A stretch of 64,000 bases of DNA from Bacteroidota bacterium (GTDB taxonomy: Bacteria > Bacteroidota > Bacteroidia > Bacteroidales > JAIFNL01), in NCBI GenBank assembly GCA_020047755.1, contig JAIFNL010000118.1, positions 3,618 through 67,617 on the forward strand, in the 5' to 3' direction. Under the pieces are notes generated by a model. That model made no database searches. It was not told the origin of the DNA and worked only from the letters and a program-made list of their open reading frames with translations. The position numbers and the translations under genes are program-made. Each line of letters starts with the position of its first letter. Within the stretch, counting starts at the first letter, position 1. Of this stretch, positions 48,020-58,011 are shown piece by piece.

Positions 48020-48754
48020 ATGTCAAAAAATCTTGTAATTATTCCCACATACAATGAAAAAGAAAATATCGAAAAAATAATTCGTAAAGTATTCTCTTTG
48101 AGCTTATTAATAGATATACTCATCATTGATGACAACTCGCCTGACGGCACAGCAGAAATTGTTAAAAATTTGCAGAATGAATTTTCTGAGCACTTGTTTT
48201 TGATTCAGCGCAAAGGCAAACTTGGCTTGGGAACCGCTTATATTACAGGATTTAAGTGGGCTTTAGAAAAAAAATATGACTACATAATGGAAATGGACGC
48301 CGACTTTTCGCACAACCCCGACGACTTGGTTTTGTTGCAAAAAACTTGCGTTCAAGGTGCCGATATGTCCATTGGTTCGAGGTACATTTCGGGAGTAAAC
48401 GTTGTGAACTGGCCTATGGGAAGAGTCATAATGTCTTATTACGCATCGGCTTACGTGCGTTTTATTACGCGCATGAAAATTAAAGACACTACTGCTGGCT
48501 TTGTGTGTTATACTCGTAAAGTATTGGAAACAATCGATTTAGATAAAATCAAAATGCAAGGTTATGCGTTCCAAATTGAACTGAAATTCAAAACATGGAA
48601 ACATGGATTTTTGATAAAAGAAGTTCCGATTATTTTCACCGAACGCAAAGAAGGTGCTTCCAAAATGAGTGGTGGAATTTTTAATGAAGCCGTTTGGGGA
48701 GTAATTAAAATCAAACTTAGCAGCCTATTCAAAAATTATAAAAAAGCAAGCTAA
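48020..48754 (+). CDS. GT2 polyprenol/dolichol-phosphate mannosyltransferase (Dpm1-like)
   Basis: 244 aa: LVIIPTYNEKENIEKII, IIDDNSPDGTAEIV, MDADFSHNPDD. Confidence 0.88.
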   Translation: MSKNLVIIPTYNEKENIEKIIRKVFSLSLLIDILIIDDNSPDGTAEIVKNLQNEFSEHLFLIQRKGKLGLGTAYITGFKWALEKKYDYIMEMDADFSHNPDDLVLLQKTCVQGADMSIGSRYISGVNVVNWPMGRVIMSYYASAYVRFITRMKIKDTTAGFVCYTRKVLETIDLDKIKMQGYAFQIELKFKTWKHGFLIKEVPIIFTERKEGASKMSGGIFNEAVWGVIKIKLSSLFKNYKKAS

Positions 48755-48760
48755 ATTCTA

Positions 48761-48800
48761 ATGTTAAATTGTTACATTGTTACATTGTTACATTGTTATT
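48761..48800. repeat. 8-bp tandem repeat (ttgttaca x3 plus degenerate flanking copies)
   Basis: ttgttaca at 48769-48776, 48777-48784 and 48785-48792. Degenerate copies are ttgttatt (48793-48800) and atgttaaa (48761-48768). Confidence 0.9.
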
Positions 48801-48928
48801 TTATCATAAGAAATTGGAAAATATACAATTTTAGATAACTTTCTCAAAAAGTTATTATTTTTTTACACTATCAACAATTTAACAAAAAAGCAATAGAATG
48901 TAAATTACGCTATTAATTTTTTTTTTAC

Positions 48929-50311
48929 ATGAAAAAAGAAGGTATTATTTTAATTAAAAATGGCACAATTGTTCGATTTAATGAAAGCTTAAAAGCCGAT
49001 ATTTTGATAGAAGCTGGCAAAATAGCTAAAATACAAACTCAAATAGATGATTTTGAAGCCTTTAAAGTAATTGATGCTAGTGGAAAATACGTTTTTGCGG
49101 GAGGCATCGATCCGCATGTGCATTTAGATTTACCAACTCCTGCTGGCAATTCGTCAGATAATTTTGAGAGTGGGAGCAAGGCGGCTGTTTTTGGCGGAAC
49201 TACCACAGTTATTGACTTTGTTACGCCCTTCAGAAATCAAAATTTGATAGAAGCATTGAATTTGCGCAAGGCTGATGCCAAAAATTGTTATACCGATTTC
49301 TCGTTTCATGTATCGCCCATAGGTTGGAATGAAGATACTGAAAATCAAATAATTAAATGTATAAAAGAGGAGGGGATTTCCTCTTTTAAAGTTTATATGG
49401 CTTACGATATAGGCTTAGACGATTACGAATTGGTAAAAGTGATGAATGCTGTGGGCAAGCAAAATGGATTGGTTACGGTTCATGCCGAAAATGGAAAAGT
49501 CATCGAATTTTTGCGGCAAAAGTCTGTTTTAGAAGGAAATACCTCGCCCAAATACCACGCACTCACGAGACCAGTTGCGCTCGAAGAAGAGGCTATAAAC
49601 AGAGCCATCGAAATAGCCAAACTAACTGATTGTAAGCTTTATGTAGTGCACGTTTCGTCGGCAAAAGGCATGTTGCGAATTGAAAAAGCGCAGCGCGAAG
49701 AATTGCCTATTTATGCCGAAACTTGCCCGCACTACCTACTTTTAGACGAAAGTCTTTACAATCAGGAATTTAAAAAGTCGGCAAAGTATGTTTTGAGTCC
49801 ACCACTTCGCACACTTAGCGACCAAGAAAAACTTTGGGCTTCGCTCTCCATTCACACCATTCAAAGTATTGGAACCGACCACTGTCCATTTAATTTGAAA
49901 GGACAGAAAGATGCTGGAATACACGATTTTACTAAAATTCCGAACGGAGCGGGCGGTATCGAATACCGTTTGAGTTTGCTTTATACTTATGGCGTTTTGA
50001 CTGGCAAAATAACTATGAATCAGTTTGTTGGGCTTGTTTCAACACTTCCTGCACGCATTTTTGGTTTGGGCAGGCAAAAGGGCGATTTGAAAATAGGGCT
50101 AGATGCCGATGTGGTCATTTGGAATCCCGATACCGAAAAAATAATTTCGCTTGAAAATCAACATCAAAATTGCGATAGTAATATTTACGAAGGCTTGAAA
50201 ATAAAGGGAGTTGCTGAAACTGTTTTGCTAAGAGGCGAGCTAATTATCGAAAACGAACAACTTGTTTCGCAACCTTGTGGAATATTTTTAAAGAGAGGTT
50301 TAGGAAATTAA
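48929..50311 (+). CDS. Cyclic amidohydrolase (dihydropyrimidinase/D-hydantoinase-like)
   Basis: 460 aa: GGIDPHVHLDLP (HxH), SSFKVYMAY (carboxylated Lys context), VHAENG, YVVHVSS and GTDHCPF. Confidence 0.82.
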   Translation: MKKEGIILIKNGTIVRFNESLKADILIEAGKIAKIQTQIDDFEAFKVIDASGKYVFAGGIDPHVHLDLPTPAGNSSDNFESGSKAAVFGGTTTVIDFVTPFRNQNLIEALNLRKADAKNCYTDFSFHVSPIGWNEDTENQIIKCIKEEGISSFKVYMAYDIGLDDYELVKVMNAVGKQNGLVTVHAENGKVIEFLRQKSVLEGNTSPKYHALTRPVALEEEAINRAIEIAKLTDCKLYVVHVSSAKGMLRIEKAQREELPIYAETCPHYLLLDESLYNQEFKKSAKYVLSPPLRTLSDQEKLWASLSIHTIQSIGTDHCPFNLKGQKDAGIHDFTKIPNGAGGIEYRLSLLYTYGVLTGKITMNQFVGLVSTLPARIFGLGRQKGDLKIGLDADVVIWNPDTEKIISLENQHQNCDSNIYEGLKIKGVAETVLLRGELIIENEQLVSQPCGIFLKRGLGN

Positions 50312-50370
50312 ATTTTAGAATTTTCTTTGAAAATTATTTTATACAATTATAAACTTTTTTAGTTTTAACG

Positions 50371-53300
50371 ATGAAAAAATATATATTTTTATTAACTTAC
50401 ACTTTTCTTTTTTCATTTTTTTATGTTCAGGCGCAGCAATCAAATGCTTGGTTTGTTTCTGACCCTAGCTTAACTCCTGACGGAAATGATGTGCTATTTG
50501 TTTATGAAACAGATATTTGGAAAGTAAATTCAGTTGGTGGGCTTGCTACTCGTTTAACTGCAATGGACGGATTAGAGTCAAATCCAAAAGTTTCGCCCGA
50601 CGGCAAATGGTTAGCGTTTTCTTCTACCCAAAACGGAAATGCTGATGTATATGTTATGCCTTTGAATGGTGGTGAAATTCAGCAACTTACATTTTCTGAT
50701 GCTGCCGAACAAGTGGACAGTTGGGCTTGGAATTCTGAATTTATTTATTTTAATTCAGGTCAGTTTAATATGGTAAGTACCTATAAAATAAGTAGAAAGG
50801 GTGGAACTCATACTCGAATATTGGGTGAAGATTTTTTCAATTATGCACACAATGTTTGTGAGGATCCTAGCGGAAATACCTTTTATTTTTGCGAAACCTA
50901 CGAAAGTTTTAGGTATTTTAACCGCAAACGCTACATAGGCGATCAAAATCCGAATATTTTGTCTTTTAATTCAAAAAACTTTGAATATAAGGAACTTACA
51001 ACTTATAATGGCAAAGATTTATGGTCTAGCGTAGATAAAACAGGAACGCTTTATTTTGCTTCGGACGAAGTAAATAAAGTGTATAATTTATGCACGATAC
51101 AAAATGGCATAAAAAAGAACTTAACTAATTTTGAAACAGCTATTTACAAACCGCAGGTGAGTGCAAATGGGAATAAAGTTGTTTTTGTAAAAGACTATCA
51201 ATTATTTGTTTACAATGTAGCTACTGGAAAAACAGAAAAGCCGCAAGTAGATATTTTTAAGAACGAAATGTTGCAAACCGACAAGCCTATCAAAGTTGCT
51301 GGAAACATTAGCTATTTTGATGTTTCGCCCGATAATAAAAAATTTGCATTTGTTTCGCGTGGAAAGTTGTTTGTTTCAGATGTGAAAGGAAAATTTGTTA
51401 AGGAAATTAAAACCAATGAAAAAGAGCGTGTTACTGAAGTAAAATGGCTAAAAGACAACGAAACTCTTTTGTTTTTACGAACCAATAAAGGCTGGGGTAA
51501 TTTATTTACAATTTCGGCAAATAAAGATGAAAATGAAAAGCAAATAACTGATTTTCAAAAGAATGGAAGATTTTTAGAATTGTCGCCTAAGCGAGACAAA
51601 GCGGCTTATTTGAGTGGAAATTCGGACTTGAATCTTGTCGATTTAGTTACTCTGAAAACGGAAACCATTGTAGAAGATGAATTTTGGTTTCGTGGCGATA
51701 TTCCTCGTTTCTCTCCCGATGGTAATTATTTGGCTTACACAGCTTTTCGTAATTTTGAGACCGATATTTTTGTTTATGATTTGAAATTGAAAACCAAGAC
51801 AAATATAACAAATACAGGCGTTCCAGAGTCTGACCCTTTTTGGTCGCCCGATGGAAAATATTTGTATTTTTCGGCTAATCGTTTCAATGCTAGTTATCCA
51901 CGTGGAAATGGTAGTATGATTCTGTATCGCGTACCTCTTTATCGTTTTGCAAATGATTTTAAATCAGATGAATACAATAAATTATTTAAGAAAGAAGAAA
52001 AGGCGGATTCTGTTATTCAAATGAAATTTGAATGGGAAAATCTCTGGGAGCGTTGGGAAAATCTGGATTTAGCTTTTGATAATCAATACTCTCCCATTGT
52101 TTTTAAAGAAAAAGAGAAAACTATAGTTTTGTTCAATGCTCAAAATAATTCGGAGTATGAGGCTTGGAAACATGAACTTACACCTTTTGATAAAGCTAAA
52201 ACCGAAAAAATTTCTTCGTCTTCTTTTAGCCAAATAGTTAAAGCCAAAGATACTTATTATGCGCTTTCGTCAGAAAATATTTATCAGGTGAAACTATCTG
52301 AAAATAAGTTCGATAAGATTAATATCGAATTTGAATTTGCCATTAATTTAAACAACGAGTTTGTTCAAATGTTTTACGAAAATTGGGCTGCGCTTGCCGA
52401 TAATTTCTATGATGTTAATTATCATGGTATTGATTGGGAAAAAACAAAAAAACAATACGAAACTTATTTGCCTTACGTGCGTCATCGACAAAATTTAACC
52501 ACACTTTTCAATGATTTGCTGGGCGAGCTAAATGCTTCTCATCTCGATTTTAGAACGGAAGGCGATGAGCTAAAAACTTATTATAATATTAAGTCGCAAA
52601 ATACCGGAATTTTATTTGAAAATGAAAATCCGTTTATCGTAAAGCGAATTGTTAAAAAATCGCCTGCCGATGTATTTGGTAATCCAATACTAGCTGGAGA
52701 TGAGCTTGTTGCAGTTAATTCGGTTCTTGTAGATAAAACAAAAAACCGAGATTCTTATTTTAATGCAACATCGTTGGGCGATGAAATTACTTTGACTTTT
52801 AAGCGAAAAAGCGAAACTTTTGATGTTAAATTTCACCCCATTAGCACTTACGCGCAAGTAGATTTGCTGTATGACGAGTGGATTGATAAAAATCAGAAAA
52901 AAGTGGATAAGCTTGGAAATCAGAAAATTGCTTATGCGCATATGAAAGACATGGGCGATGGAAGTTTGAATCGTTTTTTGATTGATATGACCACTGAGGC
53001 TTGGCAAAAAGAGGCTTTGATTTTGGATTTGCGCTACAACCGAGGCGGAAATGTACACGATGAAGTGTTACAATTTTTGTCGCAAAAGCCTTATTTGCAG
53101 TGGAAATATAGAAATGGAAAAATGTCGCCACAGCCAAATTTTGCGCCTGCCGACAAACCTATTGTGTTGTTAATCAATGAATATTCACTAAGCGATGCCG
53201 AAATGACGGCAGCTGGATTCAAACAAATGGGGTTAGGCAAAATTGTTGGCACAGAGACTTACCGCTGGATTATTTTTACTTCGGCTCAAGGCTTGGTTGA

Positions 53301-53478
53301 TGGTTCTTATACTCGCTTGCCTGCTTGGGGCTGTTTTGATTTGAATGGTAACGACTTAGAAATAACCGGAGTAAAGCCAGATATTTACATCAAAAACACA
53401 TTCAAAGATAGATTTTCAGACACCGACCCACAGTTGGACAAAGCAATTGAAGAAGTTTTGAAGAGTTTGAAAAAATAA
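50371..53478 (+). CDS. Tricorn-like protease: PD40/WD40 beta-propeller repeats plus PDZ plus S41 (C-terminal processing) peptidase domain
   Basis: 1035 aa with a signal peptide. PD40 units: PKVSPDGKWLAFSS, PRFSPDGNYLAYTA and PFWSPDGKYLYFSA. S41 region: LDLRYNRGGNVHD and LINEYSLSDAEMTA. Confidence 0.85.
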   Translation: MKKYIFLLTYTFLFSFFYVQAQQSNAWFVSDPSLTPDGNDVLFVYETDIWKVNSVGGLATRLTAMDGLESNPKVSPDGKWLAFSSTQNGNADVYVMPLNGGEIQQLTFSDAAEQVDSWAWNSEFIYFNSGQFNMVSTYKISRKGGTHTRILGEDFFNYAHNVCEDPSGNTFYFCETYESFRYFNRKRYIGDQNPNILSFNSKNFEYKELTTYNGKDLWSSVDKTGTLYFASDEVNKVYNLCTIQNGIKKNLTNFETAIYKPQVSANGNKVVFVKDYQLFVYNVATGKTEKPQVDIFKNEMLQTDKPIKVAGNISYFDVSPDNKKFAFVSRGKLFVSDVKGKFVKEIKTNEKERVTEVKWLKDNETLLFLRTNKGWGNLFTISANKDENEKQITDFQKNGRFLELSPKRDKAAYLSGNSDLNLVDLVTLKTETIVEDEFWFRGDIPRFSPDGNYLAYTAFRNFETDIFVYDLKLKTKTNITNTGVPESDPFWSPDGKYLYFSANRFNASYPRGNGSMILYRVPLYRFANDFKSDEYNKLFKKEEKADSVIQMKFEWENLWERWENLDLAFDNQYSPIVFKEKEKTIVLFNAQNNSEYEAWKHELTPFDKAKTEKISSSSFSQIVKAKDTYYALSSENIYQVKLSENKFDKINIEFEFAINLNNEFVQMFYENWAALADNFYDVNYHGIDWEKTKKQYETYLPYVRHRQNLTTLFNDLLGELNASHLDFRTEGDELKTYYNIKSQNTGILFENENPFIVKRIVKKSPADVFGNPILAGDELVAVNSVLVDKTKNRDSYFNATSLGDEITLTFKRKSETFDVKFHPISTYAQVDLLYDEWIDKNQKKVDKLGNQKIAYAHMKDMGDGSLNRFLIDMTTEAWQKEALILDLRYNRGGNVHDEVLQFLSQKPYLQWKYRNGKMSPQPNFAPADKPIVLLINEYSLSDAEMTAAGFKQMGLGKIVGTETYRWIIFTSAQGLVDGSYTRLPAWGCFDLNGNDLEITGVKPDIYIKNTFKDRFSDTDPQLDKAIEEVLKSLKK

Positions 53479-53559
53479 TAAGGTATTAATTTATTTGAAA
53501 TTGTTTTTTTTTATTTTTTTAGCACATAAAATTATCAACAATCATTAAAAGAGCGATTT

Positions 53560-54765
53560 ATGAAAGTTTTACATACCTCAGATTGGCATATTGGACAGCG
53601 ACTGTACACTAATTTTAGAGATGAAGAACATTCGCTCTTTTTTGATTGGTTAATTGAACAGATTAATGTGCAAAAGGTTGATTTATTGATTGTTTCGGGC
53701 GATATTTTCGATGTTGCTTTTCCTTCAAATCAAGCGTTGAAGCTGTATTACAAAGCGTTGTATCAAATTTCGACAAGCTACTGCAAAAACATAATTATTG
53801 TGGGCGGAAATCACGATTCGCCAAGTACACTGGGAGCACCCAAAGAAATTCTTCAATTCCTTAATATTCATATAGTTGGTGGAATTTCAGATGACCTTTT
53901 GCAGCAAATAATTGAAATTAAAATCGACGAAAAAGTAGAGCTTGTAGTGTGTGCTGTACCTTTTTTGCGCGATAGCGACATCAGAAAATCGACAGAAGGA
54001 GAAAGTTACGAAGATAAAACTATTTCGATAAAAGCCGGAATATCAAACCATTACAAGGCACTTTCCGAACTTACTCAAATCTACAAACAGCAAAATATTC
54101 CGGTAATTGCTACAGGACACCTTTTTGCCACAGGTGTTTCAAAATCAGATAGCGAGCGCGAAATTTACATTGGCAACTTGGGTAGCGTGGAGGCTGAAAA
54201 TATTTTGTTTTCTTTCGATTATTTGGCACTTGGGCACATTCATAAGCCTCAAAAAGTAGCCAAAAATGAATTTATTCGATACTCAGGCTCACCCATTCCG
54301 CTTAGTTTTAGCGAGCAAAATGACTCAAAATGTGTTTTGCTGCTCGATATTTCGAATAATTCTAAAACTATTCTGCCGATTGAAGTTCCTCAATTTCGCA
54401 AATTAGTAAGCCTAAAAGGTAGTTTTTTGGAAGTGCGAAGCAGGTTATTGGATTATACAAATAGCAGTCAATTAACCGATTGGCTCGAAATTTATATTCA
54501 CGAAGACAAAATAAATCATGCCATTAATTTAGCTTTTGAAGAGCTAAAAGCTGATTTAAAACATATAGAAATATTGAAATTTAATATTAGTTTTGCCGAA
54601 CAATTGACCGAAATAACTTCTTTTTTCGACCAAAGCAAAAGCATTGCCGATATTGACGTGCTTGATGTATTTCAAAACATGATGCAAGAGCAGCAAGTAG
54701 CTGATAAAGAAGAATTAACGCTTATTTTTAAAGAATTAGTAGAGCAAATAGAAAATTACGAATAA
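53560..54765 (+). CDS. sbcD: Exonuclease SbcD (Mre11-type nuclease subunit)
   Basis: 401 aa. Calcineurin-like phosphoesterase motifs: HTSDWHIG, SGDIFD, GGNHDS, TGHLF and LGHIH. Confidence 0.88.
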   Translation: MKVLHTSDWHIGQRLYTNFRDEEHSLFFDWLIEQINVQKVDLLIVSGDIFDVAFPSNQALKLYYKALYQISTSYCKNIIIVGGNHDSPSTLGAPKEILQFLNIHIVGGISDDLLQQIIEIKIDEKVELVVCAVPFLRDSDIRKSTEGESYEDKTISIKAGISNHYKALSELTQIYKQQNIPVIATGHLFATGVSKSDSEREIYIGNLGSVEAENILFSFDYLALGHIHKPQKVAKNEFIRYSGSPIPLSFSEQNDSKCVLLLDISNNSKTILPIEVPQFRKLVSLKGSFLEVRSRLLDYTNSSQLTDWLEIYIHEDKINHAINLAFEELKADLKHIEILKFNISFAEQLTEITSFFDQSKSIADIDVLDVFQNMMQEQQVADKEELTLIFKELVEQIENYE

Positions 54766-54812
54766 CTATTATACTTTTTTATAACAAAACTTTACAAAAT
54801 AAAACTATTAAA

Positions 54813-56267
54813 ATGACACAACAAATTGAAAAAACGTTGAGAGACAACCCCAAATTAAGGTGGTTTATCTTGGTAATTGTAGCATTTTCGATGCTAACAG
54901 CTTATTTATTTCAAGAAATTATTTCGCCATTAAAGCCTATGTTAGAAAAGGCTTACGGCTGGTCAAGCTCTGATTTTGGGCTAGTTACGGGTGCTTACGG
55001 TTGGTTGAATGTATTTATTTTCATGCTTGTTTTTGTAGGCATTTTGCTCGACAAAATTGGAGTAAGAATTTCGGCTATTTTGGCGGCTCTTATTTCGTTG
55101 GTTGGAGGTTTAATTAAATGGTATTCATTTAATTACATCGATCCAAGTTTAGTTATGTCTATCTTTGGTTATACTTTCAAAACGCAAGTAATTGTAGCCG
55201 GAATGGGCTATGCTATTTTTGGAGTAGGAACTGAATATGCCGGTATTACGGTTTCTAAAATTATTGTTAAATGGTTCAAAGGCAAGGAGATGGCTTTGGC
55301 AATGGGTATGGAAATGGCGTTTGCTCGTTTGGGCTCGTTTATTGCTATGTGGGCTGCACCGCTTGTGGTTATTCGTTTTTCTATTCCGGTGAACGTAATG
55401 CTTGGAGTAATTATGATTTTTATCGGTTTACTTACTTTCATTGTTTATTATTTTTTCGATGTGAAGCTCGACAAACAGTTGCAAGCCGAAACTGATGCTC
55501 TTGGCGACGATGAAAAATTTCAACTCAAAGACATTGGGTTTATTCTTGGAAACAGTGGTTTTTGGTACGTTGCATTGCTTTGCGTTTTGTTTTACTCTGC
55601 CGTTTTCCCGTTTTATAAATTCGGTCCCGATTTGATGGTGAATAAATTTGGAGTTCCTGAACAATGGGCGGGTTTTGTAGTAGGCTTAATTCCTTTATTT
55701 ACAATAGCTTTGACTCCTATTTTTGGTAATTTGTACGACAAAAAAGGCAAAGGCGCATCGATTATGTATTTAGGCGCAGCTTTGATTATTGTTGCACACT
55801 TAATTCTTTGGATTCCAGGACTTACCCACATCGCTTTTGCGCTTATTTCTATTGCATTTTTAGGCGTAGCCTTCTCATTGGTGCCATCGGCAATGTGGGC
55901 ATCGGTTCCTAAAATTATACCCGAAAGACAACTCGGAACTGCTTATGCTTTAATATTTTGGGTACAAAATATCGGACTTTTGGCAATTCCAACCTTACTT
56001 GGCAAAGTGTTAGACCTTACAAACCCTGAAGTGGTAGCAAAATTGGACGAAGCAAGAAAAGGATTTGAAGCTCTTGGCTTAACAAACGAGCAAATTGCCG
56101 AAAAAATGGATTTATACAAAGTAGAAAACCACATTGCTTGGGATTATACTCAAACTTGGTTGATTTTCATTATTTTAACTCTTTTCTCTCTATTGTTTGC
56201 TTATCTTTTGAAACGCGACGACAGAATTAAAGGTTATGGTTTGGAATTACCAAATATGAAAAAATAA
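54813..56267 (+). CDS. MFS transporter
   Basis: 484 aa with about 12 hydrophobic helices in two bundles separated by a charged loop (KLDKQLQAETDALGDDEK). Confidence 0.8.
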   Translation: MTQQIEKTLRDNPKLRWFILVIVAFSMLTAYLFQEIISPLKPMLEKAYGWSSSDFGLVTGAYGWLNVFIFMLVFVGILLDKIGVRISAILAALISLVGGLIKWYSFNYIDPSLVMSIFGYTFKTQVIVAGMGYAIFGVGTEYAGITVSKIIVKWFKGKEMALAMGMEMAFARLGSFIAMWAAPLVVIRFSIPVNVMLGVIMIFIGLLTFIVYYFFDVKLDKQLQAETDALGDDEKFQLKDIGFILGNSGFWYVALLCVLFYSAVFPFYKFGPDLMVNKFGVPEQWAGFVVGLIPLFTIALTPIFGNLYDKKGKGASIMYLGAALIIVAHLILWIPGLTHIAFALISIAFLGVAFSLVPSAMWASVPKIIPERQLGTAYALIFWVQNIGLLAIPTLLGKVLDLTNPEVVAKLDEARKGFEALGLTNEQIAEKMDLYKVENHIAWDYTQTWLIFIILTLFSLLFAYLLKRDDRIKGYGLELPNMKK

Positions 56268-56402
56268 ACGATGCAAAAAAAACGTTTAATTGGCTGGTAA
56301 TAAGATATTTACAATTATTGTATTTTATAAAAATCAAGCTTAATTAATCTTTTTAAATTTGGCACATTTATGCTTCTAACTTCTTGTTTAGAAGCCTTGT
56401 TA

Positions 56403-56440
56403 AAAAAACTTTTAGCTTTTTATAGTTAAAAGTTTTTTTT
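56403..56440 (+). terminator. AT-rich intrinsic terminator candidate downstream of the MFS gene
   Basis: aaaaaactttta (56403-56414) pairs with taaaagtttttt (56427-56438) and a T-run follows. A separate hairpin, gcttctaa/ttagaagc, lies at 56372-56395. Confidence 0.4.
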
Positions 56441-56502
56441 TTGAATCAAATTTCGTATTTTAGTCATAAATTTTCTGTAAGTATTCATTCAAATCTTTTT
56501 TT

Positions 56503-57372
56503 ATGAAAAACATTGTTTTTTTATTGTTCATTTTTACCGGTTTACTTTTTTCTTGTTCCGACAAAGATTCCAACGCAGATTTTACTGCATCGAAAAGTGC
56601 AGATTATGGTTATGAAGAAGCAACCGAAGAAACAACCGAAGCAGTAGATGAAACTTCAGTTGTTGAAGCTGAGCAGAGTACTAATGCAACTAGCTCGACC
56701 CCTATTAAAGTAACTGAACGAAAGATTATTAAAGAAGGAAGCATTAGTTTTGAAACCGACAATATTACCGATGCACGCAAAAAAATAGACAAAGTGGTAA
56801 AAGAGCTTGGCGCATACGTTTCGGCGGATACTGAAAATAAATATCCCGAAAAAATTCAGCAAAACATGACCATTCGTGTGCCAATAGCCGATTTTGACAA
56901 CTTGCTCAACAAAATAGTGAGCGGCGTAGAACATTTAGACAGCAAAGACATTAACGCAACTGATGTAACCGAGGAATTTCTTGATATTCAGGCGCGTATA
57001 AAAACAAAAAAAGAACTCGAAGCTCGCTACTTGCAAATTTTGACCAAAGCCAACAGCGTATCCGACATTATGGAAGTGGAACGGCAAATTGGCGTTTTGC
57101 GCGAAGAAATAGAATCGGCTGAAGGGCGTTTGAAATTCCTCGAAAATAGAACCTCTTTGAGTACGCTTCACGTTACTTTTTACGAGTATCACGAATCGGA
57201 AAAAGGTTTTGGCTCGGAATTTTCGCGTGGTTTTGTTAATGGTTGGACAAATATGGTTTGGTTTTTGGTGGGATTGGTTAATATTTGGCCCTTCTTAATT
57301 TTTATGGCGGGTATTATTTGGTTCATAATCAATAGAATAAATAAACGAAAAGCAAACAAAGCGAAAATATAA
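56503..57372 (+). CDS. DUF4349-like lipoprotein (N-terminal lipobox, coiled coil, C-terminal TM helices)
   Basis: 289 aa. Lipobox LLFSCSD. IIKEGSISFETDNITDARKKIDKVVKELGAYV...RQIGVLREEIESAEGRLKFLENRTSLSTLHVTFYE follows, then two C-terminal hydrophobic helices. Confidence 0.7.
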   Translation: MKNIVFLLFIFTGLLFSCSDKDSNADFTASKSADYGYEEATEETTEAVDETSVVEAEQSTNATSSTPIKVTERKIIKEGSISFETDNITDARKKIDKVVKELGAYVSADTENKYPEKIQQNMTIRVPIADFDNLLNKIVSGVEHLDSKDINATDVTEEFLDIQARIKTKKELEARYLQILTKANSVSDIMEVERQIGVLREEIESAEGRLKFLENRTSLSTLHVTFYEYHESEKGFGSEFSRGFVNGWTNMVWFLVGLVNIWPFLIFMAGIIWFIINRINKRKANKAKI

Positions 57373-57390
57373 CATTTCATCGAATTAATT

Positions 57391-58011
57391 TTGAACGAGT
57401 ATAGCGATAACGAATTGATTTACAAATACAAACAAAGCAAAGATGTTTTGTTGGTAGGTGAATTATACAAACGCTATACTCGTTTTGTATTTTTAGTAGC
57501 TATGAAATATCTTAAAAATCAGGAAGATAGCAAAGAAGCTGTGATGATGATTTTTGAGAAATTAGTTCAAGACCTGTTAAAGCATGAAATTGAAAATTTC
57601 AAATCGTGGTTGCATGTAGTTACCAAAAATTTTTGCCTTCAGCAATTGCGTCAAAATCAAGCGTTTCAAAAAAAACATCACGAATATGAAAATTTTTCAG
57701 TTTCGTTTATGGAAAATGAAACCAATTTGCATCATACAAGTGTACAAGAAAACGAACAAAAATATCAAGCTTTGGAAAAAGCTATGAATCAATTAAATAG
57801 CGAACAGAAAATTTGCATTGAATTGTTTTATTTGCAAGAAAAATCGTACAAAGAAGTGGTAGAACTCACAGGTTTTGACCTGAATAAAGTGAAAAGCTCT
57901 ATTCAAAATGGAAAACGTAATTTAAAACTAAATATGCAAAAATTGGGCATTATTTTGTTTTTTCTTTCGTTTTTTGACCAAAATTCGTTTATTCTTGTTT
58001 CGGTAAGTTGA
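57391..58011 (+). CDS. ECF-type RNA polymerase sigma-70 family factor
   Basis: 206 aa, TTG start. Region 2: ELYKRYTRFVFLVAMKYLKNQEDSKEAVMMIFEKL...SWLHVVTKNFCLQQLR. Region 4: QKICIELFYLQEKSYKEVVELTGFDLNKVKSSIQNGKRNLK. Confidence 0.85.
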   Translation: MNEYSDNELIYKYKQSKDVLLVGELYKRYTRFVFLVAMKYLKNQEDSKEAVMMIFEKLVQDLLKHEIENFKSWLHVVTKNFCLQQLRQNQAFQKKHHEYENFSVSFMENETNLHHTSVQENEQKYQALEKAMNQLNSEQKICIELFYLQEKSYKEVVELTGFDLNKVKSSIQNGKRNLKLNMQKLGIILFFLSFFDQNSFILVSVS

